Below, in pieces: positions 1-9,138 of a DNA stretch of 64,000 nt; position 1 is the stretch's first letter; each line of letters begins with the position of its first letter. The notes under the pieces are model-generated. The model had not been told where the DNA came from. It saw only the letters and a list, made by a program, of their open reading frames with translations, and did not search any database. A program made the position numbers and the translations under genes. Source of the stretch: a virus. The stretch is taken from positions 12,345 through 76,344 of IMG/VR virus record IMGVR_UViG_3300036859_000186; one strand, 5' to 3'.

Positions 1-813
1 TGCCCGTTTGAATCCTGGAGCGTAATCGTAGCGCACTTCTCCTGAGATAAAAGGAGGTTGAGCAGAGCGTGCGTAACCGTAACAGAAAGGACTTGACTGT
101 TTTCCATATGACTCATAGCCTTTGTAGAGGCCCTGAACAATGACTGCGGCTACGGGCTGGCCGAGCTTCGCTTCGATGGCCTTAATGGAGGAGTGGACCT
201 GCACCGCAGTGTTCCACGAGTTGATCCACTTGTCCTTCTTGGACATAGTGGACTTGTATTCGATGTAGAAGGCATCCCCGTCTCTGCCTAGCACCAAGTC
301 GGGCTTCGACATGAATCTTATACCGTCATGGTCGTAGGTAAGCTCCTGCTCGATGAGCAGAATCTCCGGGTATTCCGCGATGAGGGCGGGCCAGACAGCC
401 TTATGGAACCCTCGAACAAGCCCCTCAACAAGAGTAGACTGTTCCTTCGCAAAAACGATGGTTTCGAACTCGTCGCCAGTATCACCCGATGTGATTTGAT
501 TGGCGATAGAGTCATACATGTGCTTTCGGGCGGCATCAGCGATAGCGTCGATGTCGATCCCACCTTCCTTGTGTTGGAAGGCAATGGCTGCAAGGGCATC
601 ATGAATGGCAGTGCCCATGTAGAGATAGAAGTCGGTGGATTCTGGCACGACACCGCGACCACCAAACTCGTAGTTCCAGTAACGCTTGCGTGGACACGAC
701 CAGTCCGTAGTAGAGCGGGTTCGGTCATACAGGAGAAGTTCGTGAACCGATGGGGTGTTCTGCTGTTGAATTATGGCAGCAGGGACAAAATGCGCGTCGT
801 TTTTCTCGGACAT
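1..813 (-). CDS. PD-(D/E)XK family nuclease (Cas4/RecB-like exonuclease), runs off window edge
   Basis: Not in the ORF track; translated by hand from ATG at 813: MSEKNDAH...DWSCPRKRYWNY...MGTAIHDAL...IEQEL...KPDLVL...YIEYKS...Q. Has the CPR..GT.IH N-terminal motif and the PD...ExK catalytic motif. Confidence 0.8.
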   Translation of the reverse strand, partial: MSEKNDAHFVPAAIIQQQNTPSVHELLLYDRTRSTTDWSCPRKRYWNYEFGGRGVVPESTDFYLYMGTAIHDALAAIAFQHKEGGIDIDAIADAARKHMYDSIANQITSGDTGDEFETIVFAKEQSTLVEGLVRGFHKAVWPALIAEYPEILLIEQELTYDHDGIRFMSKPDLVLGRDGDAFYIEYKSTMSKKDKWINSWNTAVQVHSSIKAIEAKLGQPVAAVIVQGLYKGYESYGKQSSPFCYGYARSAQPPFISGEVRYDYAPGFKRA

Positions 814-976
814 CTTAAGCGGGCCTCGTAGGCGGTTCCCAGGGAATTGACACGATAAACAGTGCAATTGTAACAACGGTAAGGACGATTAGAACCATGA
901 GTTCCTTCTAGGAACCGAAAGGTTCCTTGTAAACGGCCGGTGACGCCCGGTCGTGGGACGGTTGTTGTGTTGAGGA

Positions 977-1040
977 AGCTTAGCACAAACGGCCCAAGAA
1001 TGTCAAGTCCTTGACATACAGGCGGTTACCATGCTATGAT
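977..1040. promoter_or_regulatory. Back-to-back divergent sigma70-type promoters
   Basis: Plus: TTGACA(1011)-18 nt-TATGAT with TG extension. Minus: TTGACA(1006-1001)-18 nt-TAAGCT with TG extension. Lies between divergent genes. Confidence 0.7.
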
Positions 1041-1108
1041 CCTGCCCTAACTGCGGAAACCTCACCCACTAAGGGTGGCTCTTAAGGGTTAGTCTCCCTG
1101 GAGGGAGC

Positions 1109-2101
1109 ATGAACCTGTTTGATACGAACGCATCACCAATTCCTCCTCTAGAAAAGGTTGGAACACCTATCACTGCCCCTATCGAAGAGGGGCCTGTAGA
1201 CTTAATTCCTGGACTGCTGCCACGAAAGGGCCAGCTCGTTATTGCGGGTGAGACCAACGTAGGTAAGTCCCTCGTCGCTCTCGAAATTTGCTCCGCCCTG
1301 ATTACTGGCGGGCCGCTCTGGGGTGAACTTCAACCGACCGCCCAGGCAAAGAAGATCCTCTACATTCTTGGGGAGCACTACAACGAGGTCATTCAGAGAT
1401 TGTGGCAGTATACTCACCTGCCTATGACGGACCAAGTATATCTCATCGGTCCTGAGCAGCTCGGATACGACAAGTGGCTGGTCGTCAATGGACGACCGAA
1501 CCCTACGGGCATAAACAAGCTGACGCGATGGTCTGAGGGCGTTGATTTGGTGGTGTTTGACCCACTCGCGGCCTTCGTTTCTGGGGTCGATACCGAGAAT
1601 GACAATATCACAATGCGTCTTGTCCTCGACAGCATGAGCGTCATCACGCAGAGGACTGGGGCGAGCTGCCTTATCCTTGCACATCAGGGTAAGCCAATGA
1701 TGGACAAGTTTGGAGCAGAGCATTCCCGCAAGAGCTACGCTATCAGGGGGGCCAGCGGTATCGAGGATGCGGCCACGAACATCTTCTATCTCAGCATGGC
1801 TGAGAAGGGGTCGTCGCAGGCCGCTCAGGAAACGGCTGACACCAAGATTCTCTCGCTCAGGTGCCGCAAGTATAAGGGGCTTGCTCCAGAGGAATACAAG
1901 CTCTCTCGGGACGAGAACACGTTGGTTCATACGCTCCTCGGCAACCGGCCTCACACTGAAGTGCGGGCGATGGAAACGAAGAACAAATCAGGAAGGCTTC
2001 AGGCCGCGTTCCCTGAGATGAAGACCTCTGAGATCATCAAGATCTTGGCGGCAATCAACAACCAGTCAGACAATACAATCAGAAGCTACCTTGCCTCGTA
2101 A
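1109..2101 (+). CDS. RecA-family AAA ATPase / RepA-like helicase (AAA_25-like)
   Basis: Walker A GETNVGKS, Walker B VVFDP, LILAH and RGAS motifs typical of RepA/AAA_25 helicases; GGAG RBS. Confidence 0.85.
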   Translation: MNLFDTNASPIPPLEKVGTPITAPIEEGPVDLIPGLLPRKGQLVIAGETNVGKSLVALEICSALITGGPLWGELQPTAQAKKILYILGEHYNEVIQRLWQYTHLPMTDQVYLIGPEQLGYDKWLVVNGRPNPTGINKLTRWSEGVDLVVFDPLAAFVSGVDTENDNITMRLVLDSMSVITQRTGASCLILAHQGKPMMDKFGAEHSRKSYAIRGASGIEDAATNIFYLSMAEKGSSQAAQETADTKILSLRCRKYKGLAPEEYKLSRDENTLVHTLLGNRPHTEVRAMETKNKSGRLQAAFPEMKTSEIIKILAAINNQSDNTIRSYLAS

Positions 2102-2118
2102 GGCGAGGCAGTAAGAAC

Positions 2119-2150
2119 AAGGCTCCACTCGAAAGGGTGGGGCCTTTTTT
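2119..2150 (+). terminator. Rho-independent terminator
   Basis: GGCTCCACTC-GAAA-GGGTGGGGCC hairpin followed by T6. Confidence 0.85.
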
Positions 2151-2466
2151 ATTTCATAGGGTTTGTCACGTTGATCCACTCGCCTTCGCTGCTACCGACA
2201 AATATCGGACCTCCATAAGGCTGGAAGCGTTGGGTGATGAAACAGTAGCGACACCAACGTTTCTGTTGTGGGTTAGATTGACTTGTGGTGTAGTGCCAGG
2301 TGTGCCAATCAAGGAAACGGCAGGCAAACCAGCGCAAGAAGTCGAACATATAGGAAACCTCGTGTATTTCATCGGATGCACTCCGTCCGGGGAGGAGGGG
2401 GCGTGTCGGTGGACGCCCCTCCAAGACGAGACCAATAGTGTGCACAGAATAGCAAGAAAAACTCAA
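2149..2466 (-). CDS. Hypothetical protein (Cys-containing)
   Basis: ORF track; true start may be internal (MFDFLRW). Confidence 0.4.
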   Translation of the reverse strand: MSFSCYSVHTIGLVLEGRPPTRPLLPGRSASDEIHEVSYMFDFLRWFACRFLDWHTWHYTTSQSNPQQKRWCRYCFITQRFQPYGGPIFVGSSEGEWINVTNPMK

Positions 2467-2561
2467 AGTTCCCCTTACTTATAAGGGGATCAAAGATTGA
2501 GTTTTTAGTATTTGCAAGATAAGAACTTGCGTAATAGCTCGTTCTATGTTATCTTTGCAAG

Positions 2562-2972
2562 ATGAGAATAGCAAAGAATCCAGCGTATTTGAAGAACCCT
2601 GAAGCCTACAACCGACGGGCCAAGGCTTGGAGGGAGGCTAACAAGGAACGCCACGACTTTTTAAAGAAGAGGTGGGCCGTTAACAATGTTGATAAAGTTA
2701 AAGCTTATCAAGCAGAGGCTCGATGGAAGCGTCATGGGATCGTTGGAGCAACTATAGAGGTCTATAGGAAACTCCAAGTAGAACAAAAGGACTGTTGTGC
2801 CATCTGCATAAAGCCTCGTGTGGAACGAGCCCGAGCACTAGCTCTCGATCACAACCATGAGACAGGCAAGATTCGTGGGCTCCTCTGTCAATCTTGCAAC
2901 TACCGTATTGGAATTATTGAGCAATTCAGACGAGATAACTTGCTTGACAAGGTGTTGGACTACATTCAGTAG
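2562..2972 (+). CDS. Endonuclease VII-like (His-Me finger) nuclease, probably a free-standing homing endonuclease
   Basis: CAIC...LDHNHETGKIRGLLCQSCN motif; more AT-rich than neighbours. Confidence 0.88.
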   Translation: MRIAKNPAYLKNPEAYNRRAKAWREANKERHDFLKKRWAVNNVDKVKAYQAEARWKRHGIVGATIEVYRKLQVEQKDCCAICIKPRVERARALALDHNHETGKIRGLLCQSCNYRIGIIEQFRRDNLLDKVLDYIQ

Positions 2973-3073
2973 GCAGGAGGGAGGGATGGGCAGGCATCCC
3001 TCCCCTCTTTGGGAGGTTCCCTAGTCCAGAACCTAGCGGAGAGCGCCTTAGGGCGGGTTTCTCTAGCTGGTGT

Positions 3074-3415
3074 TCAGGTCCTCAACCAAATCCAACCTAA
3101 GCGGTCACGATAGAAGGTTTGGGCACACGCACGCACGAACCTCTGGCAGTCTTCGCAAGGACGCGCGGTCACAGTGCTCTTCGACTTACGCCTTAGGGCA
3201 GCCACATACAAGGTGGCGTTCTTCAGGCGTCTAGGGTTCGCGCGGGAGAATGCGTGTGCCTCCGCGTGCATGCCTAGGCCATTTGAGCCCATGTGGTTGT
3301 GGCCCCAGGCAAAAATACCATGCTTATCTGCAAGCACTGCACCCACTTGAACAGCACAAGTTGAGCGGGAAGCAATTGCAATAGCAAGTTCTCGTGGGTC
3401 TTCAGGTTTTCGCAT
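3074..3415 (-). CDS. Cytidine/dCMP deaminase family protein
   Basis: RSTC..VGAV, HAE and PCEDC zinc motifs; start placed at MRKPED (3415). Confidence 0.85.
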   Translation of the reverse strand: MRKPEDPRELAIAIASRSTCAVQVGAVLADKHGIFAWGHNHMGSNGLGMHAEAHAFSRANPRRLKNATLYVAALRRKSKSTVTARPCEDCQRFVRACAQTFYRDRLGWIWLRT

Positions 3416-3815
3416 GAGTATTCCTAGGTCTTCGTTTGACTCCAGAACGCCCCAAAGCAAGTATTTCTTTAGCACGTTCTTGCCGTCTATGACTAAGCCA
3501 AGGCCACATGTAAGCTATTACAGCTTGGACATACTCAAAGCTGGTTACTCGCCAAGCCCATTGGGATTTTCTGGTTTTGATTGTTTCGTAGCTATAAATT
3601 CGAGGGGGTCGGTAGTAGATATTTCCACAACCAAGGATATGCTGAAGTCTAATGAGCAAATCTTTGTCAGACAACTGCATACCCAAGCTTACACCCTTGC
3701 CTTGGACACTAAACCATCCTTCACCTTCGAATAAGCCAGCGGCCCAAATGACATCCTCTCTTGAGGAGAAAGGCTTAACAGCATCTAGTATAACTGAGTT
3801 CGTGTCTATTTCCAT
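3402..3815 (-). CDS. LAGLIDADG homing endonuclease (single motif)
   Basis: WAAGLFEGEG motif, then LGCGNI; AT-rich; has its own upstream promoter. Confidence 0.85.
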   Translation of the reverse strand: MEIDTNSVILDAVKPFSSREDVIWAAGLFEGEGWFSVQGKGVSLGMQLSDKDLLIRLQHILGCGNIYYRPPRIYSYETIKTRKSQWAWRVTSFEYVQAVIAYMWPWLSHRRQERAKEILALGRSGVKRRPRNTHAKT

Positions 3816-3822
3816 AGATCAG

Positions 3823-3851
3823 ACTCTATCATACTAAGATTTAATTGTCAA
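3823..3851 (-). promoter_or_regulatory. sigma70-type promoter for the LAGLIDADG gene
   Basis: TTGACA-17 nt-TAGAGT with TG extension, just upstream of ATG 3815. Confidence 0.6.
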
Positions 3852-3865
3852 TGGCCCCAATTAAA

Positions 3866-4312
3866 CTACCATCGCTCCCACCCAGGTAGCTGAATTTCGG
3901 TGTGGCACTTTGGGCACTGGTTCATGGGCCAGCCACCCTTGACTTGATTATCACGGGTGAATTCGAACTTCATGCCGCAAGGACATTGAACAATGGACAG
4001 CTCCATGTTCATTTCCTGAACGAGTTTGATGCACTTCGCGGCCATGGCCTTGTCGTAGCAGATGACAATAGGCTTTTCCAGGCCCTTGTCGGGGTCAGGT
4101 CCTACAAACCACCCTTCCCAGACACCGTAATACATCTGGCTGCCACATGAGCCACACATGTGGCGAGTTTGGGGGTCATGGAAGCCGTCATAGTAGCCCT
4201 GAGCATCAAGGTAGCAGCTGCGGCCGCAATGCCTACACTCCACGAGATACTTGTCTCGCTCCTTTTCAATGAAGCGGGTGACTAGGCTGCCTCTTTTCTC
4301 TGTCCAAATCAT
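3866..4312 (-). CDS. Hypothetical Zn-ribbon protein
   Basis: CRHC, CGSC, CPC and CPKC motifs; GGGAGG RBS. Confidence 0.65.
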   Translation of the reverse strand: MIWTEKRGSLVTRFIEKERDKYLVECRHCGRSCYLDAQGYYDGFHDPQTRHMCGSCGSQMYYGVWEGWFVGPDPDKGLEKPIVICYDKAMAAKCIKLVQEMNMELSIVQCPCGMKFEFTRDNQVKGGWPMNQCPKCHTEIQLPGWERW

Positions 4313-4525
4313 GACTAGCCTCCCAATGCGTCGTTCATCAGGTCCTTCAGGTCCTGCTCATACTGAGGGTCCATCGTCCTTCTCCGTTCTTATAGGGCGG
4401 ACTATGCCCTTTAGTCGTATCGGCGGGTCAGACGGTCGAGGTCGTCGATGTCGTAGCCCGCGTTGCCGGAAGAGACTTCGAGTTCGGTGAGGCGCTCTTC
4501 GATCCGCTCCAGCGTGTCCAAGATG

Positions 4526-4834
4526 TCAGAGAACATCTTCAGGACTTCCGTCTCTTGAACCGTGGAAGTTGATGATTCCGTCTGACTCGATTGGATCGGG
4601 GTCTCGGGGAGGAGCGGGGATGTGTCTTTCAGCTTGTCGGTCATGGATGCGTCTCCGAATATCTTCTTTCTTGATGAGTGGAACGAGGTGGTAGACAGCC
4701 AGGGATGTGACTTCCTGACCTTGTTCTTCGAGGCGTTTCTTAGCACGACGGATCAGGTCATCGTAGTCAAGCATCATAGGATCGCGCCACTTGCTCTCCT
4801 TCTGGCGCTTCTTGTGCTTTCCTTTCTTACCCAT
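4526..4834 (-). CDS. Hypothetical protein
   Basis: ORF track 4526..4963; likely start MGKKGK after a TAAGG RBS. Confidence 0.5.
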   Translation of the reverse strand: MGKKGKHKKRQKESKWRDPMMLDYDDLIRRAKKRLEEQGQEVTSLAVYHLVPLIKKEDIRRRIHDRQAERHIPAPPRDPDPIESDGIINFHGSRDGSPEDVL

Positions 4835-4845
4835 TGTCGGCCACC

Positions 4846-5073
4846 TTATCTGAGAACTGCGCCTACGACTGTGCCGGTTGCGGCTGCCAGTGCGTAGAGA
4901 ACGCCCATCTTCCACGACTTGTGGTTGTCGATACGGAATCCCATATTGACCCACCACAGACACTGCTGAACGATGGACGCGACGAAAACCAGCTCCAGAT
5001 GCCCCGTTGCGATAGCCTTAATACCGAGGCCGACGCAAATCTGTTGGCAGAACACCAGGAATAGCATGAACAT
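4846..5073 (-). CDS. Small membrane protein
   Basis: Two to three hydrophobic segments. Confidence 0.6.
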   Translation of the reverse strand: MFMLFLVFCQQICVGLGIKAIATGHLELVFVASIVQQCLWWVNMGFRIDNHKSWKMGVLYALAAATGTVVGAVLR

Positions 5074-5460
5074 TAACGCTAAGCGATCCTTTCCCTAGAT
5101 GAGGATGCGTTGCCTATCATTTCCAGGGTGAACCTCAGGGAGAGCTTGCTCAAGCAGCCGTTGGAGGACATCCCAATCAATCAAGTGGGGCTCAACGGCG
5201 ATGTTGACCTTACGGGGCTCACGTTCACCCTCGTTAAGGACTGCCGCTCTCACGATGAGGGCAACGATTGTTTGTTTCACGGAATGATCTCCATCCTTGC
5301 CACTTGTGGCACGGTCATCGTGGCATTACCGCCTCCGGCATATTCGAATACGAGCCGCTGGACTTGTGTGTTACGCACCCCCTTTACAGCGATGCTAACA
5401 ATGTCGTAGAACACGTCGATGTGACCGTTCCGGTGAGTGACAAGTATGGTCATGATCGTA

Positions 5461-6042
5461 TCACTCCATGATGAAAACGTCAATACGCAGGCCGGACCAG
5501 TTGAACTTGACCCGGTGAGCGTATCGGGAATCCTCGGCAGGCTCTGGATAGTCAGGGATTTTATCCTGAACGATCTCCATACGCCCACGATGATCAGGTG
5601 CGTTTCTCCACTCAACGACAGCTTGAGCACCTTCGCCTCCTGCCGCAGCCCACTGCACAAACTGGTTACGTCCTATGTGCTGGCGTTCGCCGTTGACAAT
5701 GATAAACTGTGCAGCGCCTGCCGGTGGAAGAGGAGGGGCTTCGTCGTGGACCAATACTCTTGGGTCTCTTTCTTTCTTCTCAGGCCGAGGGGGGCCAATC
5801 TCTTCACATGTGCCCCAAGTGTCCTTGAGGAAGGACAACATGCCATCGCAGTCGGTCTTGAACTTTTGCGACTCGAGAGGAAGGAAGTAGAGATCGAGAT
5901 CCTTGCCAGACTTTCCGTTGTTGAGGACACCGCCGCCAAGGGCTAGATGGTAGCCGTAAGACCTCGTATGGGGCTGTATGCCACGAATGAGAGGGAGGGC
6001 ATCTTCCAGTGTCCAGTAAGGGTCCAGTGAAAGTGTAGACAT
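5461..6042 (-). CDS. Minimal Pol-beta-superfamily nucleotidyltransferase with internal insertion
   Basis: LALGGGVL...SGKDLDLYF (hG[G/S]...DxD) and a C-terminal RIDVF third aspartate. Confidence 0.7.
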   Translation of the reverse strand: MSTLSLDPYWTLEDALPLIRGIQPHTRSYGYHLALGGGVLNNGKSGKDLDLYFLPLESQKFKTDCDGMLSFLKDTWGTCEEIGPPRPEKKERDPRVLVHDEAPPLPPAGAAQFIIVNGERQHIGRNQFVQWAAAGGEGAQAVVEWRNAPDHRGRMEIVQDKIPDYPEPAEDSRYAHRVKFNWSGLRIDVFIME

Positions 6043-6618
6043 TTAGACGCCCTCCTTTGCCGCCATGCGCTCACGAAGCGCACGTTCCTGTTCTCGCCGC
6101 TCATCATCCCATACCTTGCGGCAGGGCTCACATAGGGTCCGAATCCATCCCGAGGTCTCGGAGCCGCTGGTAATGGCGAGGTATCTAACCTTTTGCTTTT
6201 CCAGGTCGTAGCCGCTTTGACCGTCCTCCCCACACTCTTCACAGGTGTGGTAGGAAGCGTTCTCGACGGCTCGAATGATGGCATCCAGCGTCTTTGCGTA
6301 GGCTGGGTTGGTGTGCTTGTAGTCGACGTTCCCAACGTAGATGCGGAGGCCACCGAACTTCTCTTTGATCTGGAAGATTTCGACGCCATGCAGCGCAGCA
6401 AGCTCGATGACTGGCTCGTAGAGCTTGGCCCACCCCTTGGCACACTCGATGCCGAACATCTGATAGGAGGTCACGCGACCCTTGGCCTTCTGCTCGTCTG
6501 CCCAGGTGGTCTTGGTCAGACGAGGAAGCTTACCAATCCAATTACTTATGATGTTCATGGCTTTATCTCTTTCTTGCCAACGAGGGCCAATGTCTGATCC
6601 TTCGTAAGTTTGAGGCAC
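6043..6618 (-). CDS. Conserved phage protein (QIKEKFGxLR family) with C-terminal Zn ribbon
   Basis: GW..L...QIKEKFGGLRIY...TCEECG...GWIRTLCEPC. Confidence 0.7.
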   Translation of the reverse strand: MPQTYEGSDIGPRWQERDKAMNIISNWIGKLPRLTKTTWADEQKAKGRVTSYQMFGIECAKGWAKLYEPVIELAALHGVEIFQIKEKFGGLRIYVGNVDYKHTNPAYAKTLDAIIRAVENASYHTCEECGEDGQSGYDLEKQKVRYLAITSGSETSGWIRTLCEPCRKVWDDERREQERALRERMAAKEGV

Positions 6619-6877
6619 GAGTCGGGAGGAATTCTTATACCCAGCCTTCGGGTTACAGATTCACTTTTGAGAGTGACGACGGTCTCTCCGCCAGTGTAGA
6701 TGGTGACGGCTAGAACGAAGGGCGCATTTGTGCTGCGCCACTGTCCCGTCCAGTCGTCGTATCTCAGTTTCTTTCCAGGAATCTTGGCTGAGCTTTTCCT
6801 CGGTATAGGCTCCTTAGCTGCCTTGCGTATTTCGACCCAACCCTTCATCCCGATGGCATAGTAGTTCATGCCGTCTC

Positions 6878-7054
6878 CTAGCGGACAATCAGCTGTCCAG
6901 GTTGTGGCACAACGATCTTTGCAAGGACTAGGCCGATTTCCTTGGCTCGCTTGCAGATTCTTGCGTGTTCAACGAGGCCGTCCGCGTCGATGTAGAACTC
7001 TTCGCCGCAGCTCTTACAGCCACGAATCTTCGTCGCGTTCGCTTGTGATCCCAT
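6878..7054 (-). CDS. Small C2HC Zn-finger protein
   Basis: Hand-translated: ...GCKSCGEEFYIDADGLVEHARICKRAKEIGLVLAKIVVPQPGQLIVR*. Confidence 0.55.
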   Translation of the reverse strand: MGSQANATKIRGCKSCGEEFYIDADGLVEHARICKRAKEIGLVLAKIVVPQPGQLIVR

Positions 7055-7367
7055 TGGCCTTCCCCCACTTGTTAAGAGCCGTCCAGTTGATGGTCCAGAT
7101 ATAAGCTCGGACCCGGTTGCCAGTGTTGGGATTTTTGTTCCATGATGTGAAGATCACAGAGCCAAGGTCATTCTTCTCAATGAACTGGCGGAAGTTGTCG
7201 CCATACTTAGCGTTGGTTCCTGCTTCCGAAAAGACCGCGTATCGGAAGCGCTGGCCGTCACCCTCAGATTCCCGTAGGAATTCGAGCATGGCATCCTCGG
7301 AGTGGCGTATGCCGGAGAGGTTGTCGATCTCTCTCATCCCGCAGCACTGCATGTCTTGGAGATACAT
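7014..7367 (-). CDS. Hypothetical 'CCG' family protein (paralog of 14769..15197; possible degenerate GNAT)
   Basis: CCGMREI...F..FI....LG.V......NP.......W aligns by eye with the 14769 ORF. Confidence 0.7.
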   Translation of the reverse strand: MYLQDMQCCGMREIDNLSGIRHSEDAMLEFLRESEGDGQRFRYAVFSEAGTNAKYGDNFRQFIEKNDLGSVIFTSWNKNPNTGNRVRAYIWTINWTALNKWGKANGITSERDEDSWL

Positions 7368-7370
7368 CGG

Positions 7371-8315
7371 CTACTCCCTTCCCTGCGCCCATTGCCTAAT
7401 GGCGTTGGCGTAAACGTCCACGCTTCCACCCTCAAGACCAGGAGCCCGGTTGACTTCCAGAACGATGAGGCTGCCATCGCGCTTTTCGCCGATGTCCACC
7501 GCACCGAAATCGAGACCAAGGGCCTCGACGGCTTCGTGGGCCAGATCACGGTGGGCCTGTCTAGAGGTTTGCCCATCGTAAAGGATGCGCCAACCCCCGT
7601 CCCATGACCTGATCCATGCGTGAGCACGTCGAGTCCCATTGGCACCGTCGAGAGAGAAGCCCTCTCTCAATGCCTTGACGCCAGCCCGGAGGCTGCGTCC
7701 CTTGAAGGAGTGAACCCGGACTTCCTGCACGAGGTCTTCCTTCTTTGCGTAGTAGTCGCCGCCACGGTTGGCGAGCAGGTCGTTCCCACCGACGTGACTG
7801 TTGGAGCGGCTGAGCCATTCTCCCACAGGTCGGCCCGGTTGTGCAACCGGAGCCGCGATTGCCAGGGCTCCAGTCAGTCCGTTCAGCTTGGCGAGGAGGT
7901 CGCGGACACCGTCCACGAGTGGTCCTCGACGGGGAAGAGGTCCCGCAGGGAGTGTCAGATTGACCAGTTCCTCGGCCGCTTCCTGGGCATCGCGCATGAT
8001 GGCGATTGCAGGATCGACCGCAGCAGCCACCGGAGGAGGCGCTGCTGGGCGCTGGAGTGAGACCTGAATTGTTGGAACCCCTTCCCGCGCCAAGAGTTCG
8101 GCGTCGGAAAACTTGTTGCGGATGGTCGTGCCGTTCAGAACACGCACACCACGGATTTCTGGGACCGCTTCACCCCAGGCAATGACCACGTCACCGGCAC
8201 GGGCCTTGCGTTCGATGGGAACCTCAGTTCCTCGAAAGCGGCGAGCACCCTGTCCAAGCGCTTCCGCAAGCAGACGAGCCCCCGTAGAGGCGTTCTTTCT
8301 GTAAACGTAAATCAC
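7371..8315 (-). CDS. ATP-grasp (RimK-like) peptide/amide ligase
   Basis: NK...L..EGVPT, EVRVH, LGLDFGAVDI, VLEVNRAPGL; GTG start at 8315 after a GGGAGG RBS. Confidence 0.88.
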   Translation of the reverse strand: MIYVYRKNASTGARLLAEALGQGARRFRGTEVPIERKARAGDVVIAWGEAVPEIRGVRVLNGTTIRNKFSDAELLAREGVPTIQVSLQRPAAPPPVAAAVDPAIAIMRDAQEAAEELVNLTLPAGPLPRRGPLVDGVRDLLAKLNGLTGALAIAAPVAQPGRPVGEWLSRSNSHVGGNDLLANRGGDYYAKKEDLVQEVRVHSFKGRSLRAGVKALREGFSLDGANGTRRAHAWIRSWDGGWRILYDGQTSRQAHRDLAHEAVEALGLDFGAVDIGEKRDGSLIVLEVNRAPGLEGGSVDVYANAIRQWAQGRE

Positions 8316-8346
8316 GACTATCCTCCCCGGCGCAGAAATCGCGCCG

Positions 8347-8664
8347 CTAATACCCTTGCCGTTTTCGGTAATTAACCCTCTTCTGCTCACGCTGCTTCCA
8401 ACCACTGAGCCACTGTGTGTAACGGTAGGGCCACGTCGGAAAGATGAAGCCGAACGTCACAATTGTCACTGCGTAAGAGACTACGCAGACTATCGCCGCA
8501 ACCCACGTCAGAACGAGGTCAAAGAACGATATGGGATAGAACGTCACGAACGCCTTACCGGGAGACTGGCCATGGATTACGAGGAAGCCAATGAGCCGGA
8601 GAAGGAACAAGGCCGCAGCGGCCAAGCCAATTATGACGAGGATAAGAGCCACGATTCCCCACAT
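8347..8664 (-). CDS. Membrane protein
   Basis: MWGIVALILVIIG..., several transmembrane-like segments; AAGGAG RBS. Confidence 0.65.
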   Translation of the reverse strand: MWGIVALILVIIGLAAAALFLLRLIGFLVIHGQSPGKAFVTFYPISFFDLVLTWVAAIVCVVSYAVTIVTFGFIFPTWPYRYTQWLSGWKQREQKRVNYRKRQGY

Positions 8665-8813
8665 GTTAGGCTCCTTTCTTGGCCCCACAGACGGTGCAGA
8701 CCCAGCCGTTGTCTTTGGCGGCAAGGTTGTGGACCCTCATGCCAGGACCATACTTCTTGTCCTGGTATTCGTGAACGCAAGTGCAACCTCGCACGGAGGT
8801 AGCTTTCTTAGGA

Positions 8814-9123
8814 TCAGCCATAGGACTCCTCCTTTGTAGCGGGGCTGCCTTTGTCATCTTCCCACTGATCAAGAAACATTTGCACATCAACAGTGATGTT
8901 CTTGAGATCGGTCAAAGCCGTGCCACTCACAGGTCGTTTGGCCATTGCTCGTTTAATTTGACTCTCGAAACTGTCGAGACACTCGTCCAGAAGTTCAAGG
9001 GCTACCTGAAGGTCTGCTTCCAGACTTTCAGTATAAGCGACGTATTGATCGTCGTGCTCAATGCTCACCTCGACGACCGTCTCACCTTCTTTGGCTGGCG
9101 GTTTGTCGGGCTCCGGCACCATG
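8814..9123 (-). CDS. Hypothetical acidic helical protein
   Basis: ORF track; start uncertain. Confidence 0.5.
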
Positions 9124-9138
9124 TCGCATAGTCGCATG

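Noticed and set aside
318-831. ORF-track calls 318..728 and 328..831
   Set aside because: They are shadows of the minus-strand nuclease 1..813, which the track missed because it runs off the edge.
6880-6990. Apparent long hairpin (GCGGAC...GUCCGC) resembling another Y or rod RNA
   Set aside because: It lies within a convincing small Zn-finger ORF (CKSC...H...C) and lacks the GUUAYC motif.
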